32,000 nt of DNA from contig NZ_CP046580.1 in NCBI RefSeq assembly GCF_013365495.1, positions 210,001-242,000 on the forward strand, given 5' to 3'. The position numbers and the translations under genes are program-made. The notes under the pieces were generated by a model. It was given only the letters and a program-made list of their open reading frames with translations. It ran no database searches and was not told the origin of the DNA. Below are positions 28,932 to 32,000 of the stretch, in pieces. How positions within the stretch are numbered: position 1 is the first letter of the stretch; each line of letters opens with the position of its first letter. This DNA comes from Candidatus Saccharimonadota bacterium (GTDB lineage: Bacteria; Pseudomonadota; Alphaproteobacteria; Rickettsiales; Anaplasmataceae).

Positions 28932-30683
28932 ATGGAAGTTACTACATCAACAAAAAAAGAATTAAAGCAAAGTACGCTGTATATTTGCCTGGAAAAGTGC
29001 ACAAGTGCATTTTGGTTTATTTTTTGGTTTAGTTCAGGAATTAACTTATTAATGTTATTTTTGCCACTTTATACTTCTCAAGTACTTGATAGGGTAATAT
29101 CAAGTGGAAGTATATCAACTTTGATTATGTTGACTATCATTACTTTATCTGCATTTGCATGTTCTGCGGTGCTTGAAACTTGTAGATACTTAGCTATGAC
29201 AAAAATTGGTGACTGGATTGATAGAACTGTAGCGCCAGATTTAATAGTGAGATCAATCAGACTCACGTCAGTGCAAAGTTCAACTTCTAGTGGTGAAGCA
29301 ATACGAGATCTTGGGGTGATAAAAAGTTTTATTATGGGGAATGGTATATTTTCACTATTTGATACTCCATGGTCGTTAATTTATCTTATTGTAATTTTTA
29401 TAATACATACTTCTACAGGGTTTATAGCTGTTATTGGGATTATTATGTTAATTTCTATGGCAACATGGAATGAATTTGCTACTAAACGCATATTGCAAGA
29501 AATTAACGAAGAGAGTTTACGAAATATCAATGCTATAGATATTGCAACAAGAAATGCAGAAGTAGTAGAAGCTATGGGTATGTCAGAATTCATAGTTTCT
29601 GATTGGTGTAAACAAAATGATCAAACTCGTATGATGCAAATTAAAGCACAGAATCGTTCTAGTATAATTACTGGAATTACTAAATTTTTACGTTCAACTC
29701 TTCAAATATCAGTAATTGGGATGGGGGCGCTACTTGCAATTACAGCTCATAAAACTGCTGGTAATATTATTGCTGCTTCTATTTTAATGGGTAGAGTATT
29801 AGCTCCATTTGATGCAGCAGTTCATACTTGGAAATTTTTAAATCAAGCTATGATGTCGTATGGTAGGCTGCAAAGACTTATATTAACGTCACCAAAAAGG
29901 GAGCAGACTTTGATTATGCCGGAACCTAAAGGAAAGTTAGAATTTGATAGAGTATTTTTTACTCCTTATAGAGGTAATAAACCAACAATAAAGGGTATGT
30001 CATTTGTAATAGAGTCAGGTGATATAGTTGGTGTTGTTGGTGCAAGTGCTTCTGGTAAATCAACTATTGCAAAATTAATTGTTGGTGTATGGAAACCTAT
30101 ATCTGGTGTAGTGAGGCTAGACGGTGCTGATGTATATACTTGGAACCGAAGAGATTTTGGTAATTATGTTGGCTACTTACCTCAAGATGTTGAATTATTT
30201 AACACTAGTATCAAAGCGAATATTGCGCGTATGAGACCAAATCCAGATTTTGAAGAAGTAATTAAAGCAGCAAAAATTGCAGGGATACATGAATTAATAC
30301 TCGGTTTACCAAATGGATATGATACAGTAATAGGGAGCTTTGGAGTAACGCTTTCTGGTGGGCAAAAACAGTTACTTGGTCTTGCAAGAGCTTTTTATGG
30401 TAATATTAAACTTTTAGTGCTTGATGAACCAAATGCTAACTTAGATAGTAATGGAGAAGCATGCCTGATTAAAGCGATAGATAATGCAAAGAAGCAGAAT
30501 ATTACTACTGTGATTATAACTCATAAACTACTGTTAGTATCCTTGGTTGATAAAGTTATTTTTATATCGGAGGGTACTATTTGTGCTATAGGACCAAAAG
30601 ATGAAATTTTAGGTAAATTAGTAGTTACTACATTACCAAATATAAGGGGAGAGGATGAGCAGTTTTCAGTAAGTGGTAGTTAG
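28932..30683 (+). CDS. Type I secretion system ABC exporter (PrtD/AprD-type fused permease-ATPase, no C39 peptidase domain)
   Basis: 583 aa. The N-terminal TMD starts FWFSSGINLLMLFLPLYTSQVLDRVISSGSISTL, typical of the PrtD family. The NBD has Walker A GASASGKST, signature LSGGQKQ, Walker B LLVLDEPNANLD and H-loop ITHK. Confidence 0.85.
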   Translation: MEVTTSTKKELKQSTLYICLEKCTSAFWFIFWFSSGINLLMLFLPLYTSQVLDRVISSGSISTLIMLTIITLSAFACSAVLETCRYLAMTKIGDWIDRTVAPDLIVRSIRLTSVQSSTSSGEAIRDLGVIKSFIMGNGIFSLFDTPWSLIYLIVIFIIHTSTGFIAVIGIIMLISMATWNEFATKRILQEINEESLRNINAIDIATRNAEVVEAMGMSEFIVSDWCKQNDQTRMMQIKAQNRSSIITGITKFLRSTLQISVIGMGALLAITAHKTAGNIIAASILMGRVLAPFDAAVHTWKFLNQAMMSYGRLQRLILTSPKREQTLIMPEPKGKLEFDRVFFTPYRGNKPTIKGMSFVIESGDIVGVVGASASGKSTIAKLIVGVWKPISGVVRLDGADVYTWNRRDFGNYVGYLPQDVELFNTSIKANIARMRPNPDFEEVIKAAKIAGIHELILGLPNGYDTVIGSFGVTLSGGQKQLLGLARAFYGNIKLLVLDEPNANLDSNGEACLIKAIDNAKKQNITTVIITHKLLLVSLVDKVIFISEGTICAIGPKDEILGKLVVTTLPNIRGEDEQFSVSGS

Positions 30684-31074
30684 AAAGGGGGAGGGTATTG
30701 GATACTTTTTTTTACTTTATTATTCTATAATTTATTAACATGCTCAAATGTTTCTTGTTTCTTTAATTTTCTTTTTAGAAGCTTTTTACTTTGCTACTCT
30801 ATTCATTTTGTTTTTATTGAAGAGGTGTTTTATAGTGATGTTGTGGAAGTTGTGAATTTTTTTATTATCTAAGGTTAAGCATACTGATTTTTTTCTTACT
30901 AAATTGGAGGAACTATGATCATGAAATATTCTTTATGTTTTTTCTTTTTATAATATTTTCTTTAAGAAAAGAATTTCTGAATGAACATATAGATCAATAA
31001 TAATTTGATCTCTCACTTTTGCTCTTATAAAAATATATTAATATTACTATCTTTTTACTTTGACATTAGTTTTT

Positions 31075-31803
31075 TTACAAGATTTCATGTCTGCTCACTT
31101 TAGCTATTTTTTCTTTTATCTTCTGTAGCTTTTCTTTTAATTCCTCTTGAAAATTTTTATTGTGACTTTTAAGCCTAGTAATAGAGGGATTTTTTATTAT
31201 AGTACTGCTAAGAAATTTTTCATTTGGTGGAAGGGGTGGAGGTGGTGGTATGTTCAAGCTTTGACTTAGTAAAGAAGAAGGCGGAGATGTAAGTATTACA
31301 TTTGTATTTTGGTTTGTAATAAAGGAAGGAGAAAGTGGAGGTGTAAGTAATGCTAACTGAGAAGGTTGAGTGAGTGATGTAGCTGTAGATGGTAACGAAG
31401 AAGAAATTGATGCATTAGAAGAAGAAATTGATGCATTAATTGTGGTAGGTTTTTTAAAATTTGGAGTGGATGAAGATGTTAACATAGCCGTTGTTTCTGG
31501 TATTTGTGTGCTAATATCATTACTATCTGATCTTTTTTCAAAAATGTTATATGTAACTTCTTGCTTTTTATTGTTTATTATAGGAAGAGTTAATTTAGAA
31601 AGGTATATTATTAAACTTAATGCGGCTATTATAGAAATAGAAGCAATTGTTATATAGAAAGAAGATGGTGCTGTAGTAGTAGTGGTGCCACACATCGCTA
31701 AGCTTATAGGATAAATAGATACTCCAGTTGTGAGGACAGATGTACATAGTAAGAAGGTAGCAATTGAATATTTTAATGAAGATGATATTCTAAAAGTGTT
31801 CAT
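31075..31803 (-). CDS. Hypothetical membrane-anchored Ser/Thr/Pro-rich protein (no recognisable family)
   Basis: 242-aa ORF with ATG start. It has two N-terminal hydrophobic segments (YSIATFLLCTSVLTTGVSIYPISLAM and FYITIASISIIAALSLIIYL). A long S/T/P-rich low-complexity region follows, containing NASISSS x2 and PPPPPLPP. The tail is basic and helical (EELKEKLQKIKEKIAKV). The coding call rests only on ORF length and these protein-like features. Confidence 0.55.
   Translation of the reverse strand: MNTFRISSSLKYSIATFLLCTSVLTTGVSIYPISLAMCGTTTTTAPSSFYITIASISIIAALSLIIYLSKLTLPIINNKKQEVTYNIFEKRSDSNDISTQIPETTAMLTSSSTPNFKKPTTINASISSSNASISSSLPSTATSLTQPSQLALLTPPLSPSFITNQNTNVILTSPPSSLLSQSLNIPPPPPLPPNEKFLSSTIIKNPSITRLKSHNKNFQEELKEKLQKIKEKIAKVSRHEIL
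31397..31438. repeat. Perfect 21-bp tandem duplication (2 copies) inside the hypothetical CDS
   Basis: GAAGAAGAAATTGATGCATTA occurs at 31397-31417 and again at 31418-31438. It is in frame and encodes NASISSS twice on the minus strand. Confidence 0.9.
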
Positions 31804-32000
31804 TTTTCCTCACATTGTATATTAATACCATATTAGCATTAACTGGGCTAATGTTTTATGTCAATGAAAATTATTGAATAAATTTTATAAATAATAATTA
31901 GTATAATATTAATCTATTAAAAATTTATAAATAAGTAGTATTATATTAAGAATTTATAATGATATTTTTACGATTTTAATAAATTTTAATGAATTGCTTT

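Noticed and set aside
29078-29593. Two minus-strand ORFs (62 and 70 aa) inside the ABC exporter gene.
   Set aside because: They are antisense shadow ORFs within the transmembrane-domain coding region.
30692-30713. Possible intrinsic terminator after the ABC exporter gene: GGGTAT-tgg-ATAC followed by T8.
   Set aside because: There are only 4 Watson-Crick pairs plus G-U wobbles that consume the T-run. That is too weak to call a terminator from sequence alone.
30915-30953. 12-codon micro-ORF (MIMKYSLCFFFL) preceded by a strong GGAGG 5 nt upstream.
   Set aside because: It is very short and has no conservation evidence. Short ATG...TAA runs are expected by chance in AT-rich DNA. It would be worth a glance only if ribosome profiling exists.
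31075-31224. WH2-like actin-binding motif (FLSSTIIKNPSITRLKSH) right after the polyproline tract, which would suggest an actin nucleation-promoting effector.
   Set aside because: The spacing between the hydrophobic helix and the LK-S-H element does not fit the WH2 consensus (LLxxIxxGxxLKKV). There is also no acidic/Trp tail. I keep it only as a speculative idea under the orphan-protein finding.
31370-31657. 95-aa plus-strand ORF overlapping the S/T/P-rich gene, rich in Glu/Asp/Ile.
   Set aside because: It is the reverse-frame reading of the Ser-rich repeats (GAA/GAT opposite TCx/ATC). The minus-strand ORF is far longer (242 aa) and has TM helices and an ATG start. Neither strand has homology support, so the strand choice remains the weaker part of that call.

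Overview
This 32-kb window is very AT-rich and looks like a reduced, obligately intracellular alphaproteobacterium (Rickettsiales/Anaplasmataceae). I infer a Wolbachia-like organism from three things: the in-frame rpoB-rpoC fusion, an intact ddl, and Rickettsiales-type gene order. I could not run any database search, so this is inference only.

The core is a ~16-kb minus-strand block with almost no gaps: rpsL-rpsG-fusA-tuf-tRNA(Trp)-secE-nusG-rplK-rplA-rplJ-rplL-rpoBC. Housekeeping genes flank it: purE (partial), mutL, atpG, pmbA, a cold-shock protein, map, ddl, tsaD, a type I secretion ABC exporter, and one orphan Ser/Thr/Pro-rich membrane protein. About 20% of the window is ORF-free DNA concentrated in a few long spacers of 0.4-1.9 kb.

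I found no CRISPR array, IS element, prophage, integrase, toxin-antitoxin pair or recognisable defence cluster, and no convincing novel multi-gene system. The points most worth follow-up are:
1. rpoB and rpoC form one 2,839-codon frame with no linker.
2. NusG carries an extra, degenerate N-terminal NGN-like module in front of a complete 181-aa NusG.
3. A full-length but heavily decayed ftsQ lies directly downstream of intact ddl. It is invisible in the ORF track and was recovered by manual translation.
4. An orphan membrane-anchored low-complexity protein has a PPPPPLPP tract and an in-frame 21-bp tandem repeat, making it a candidate host-interaction protein.
5. The long ORF-free spacers may hide further gene remnants or small RNAs.
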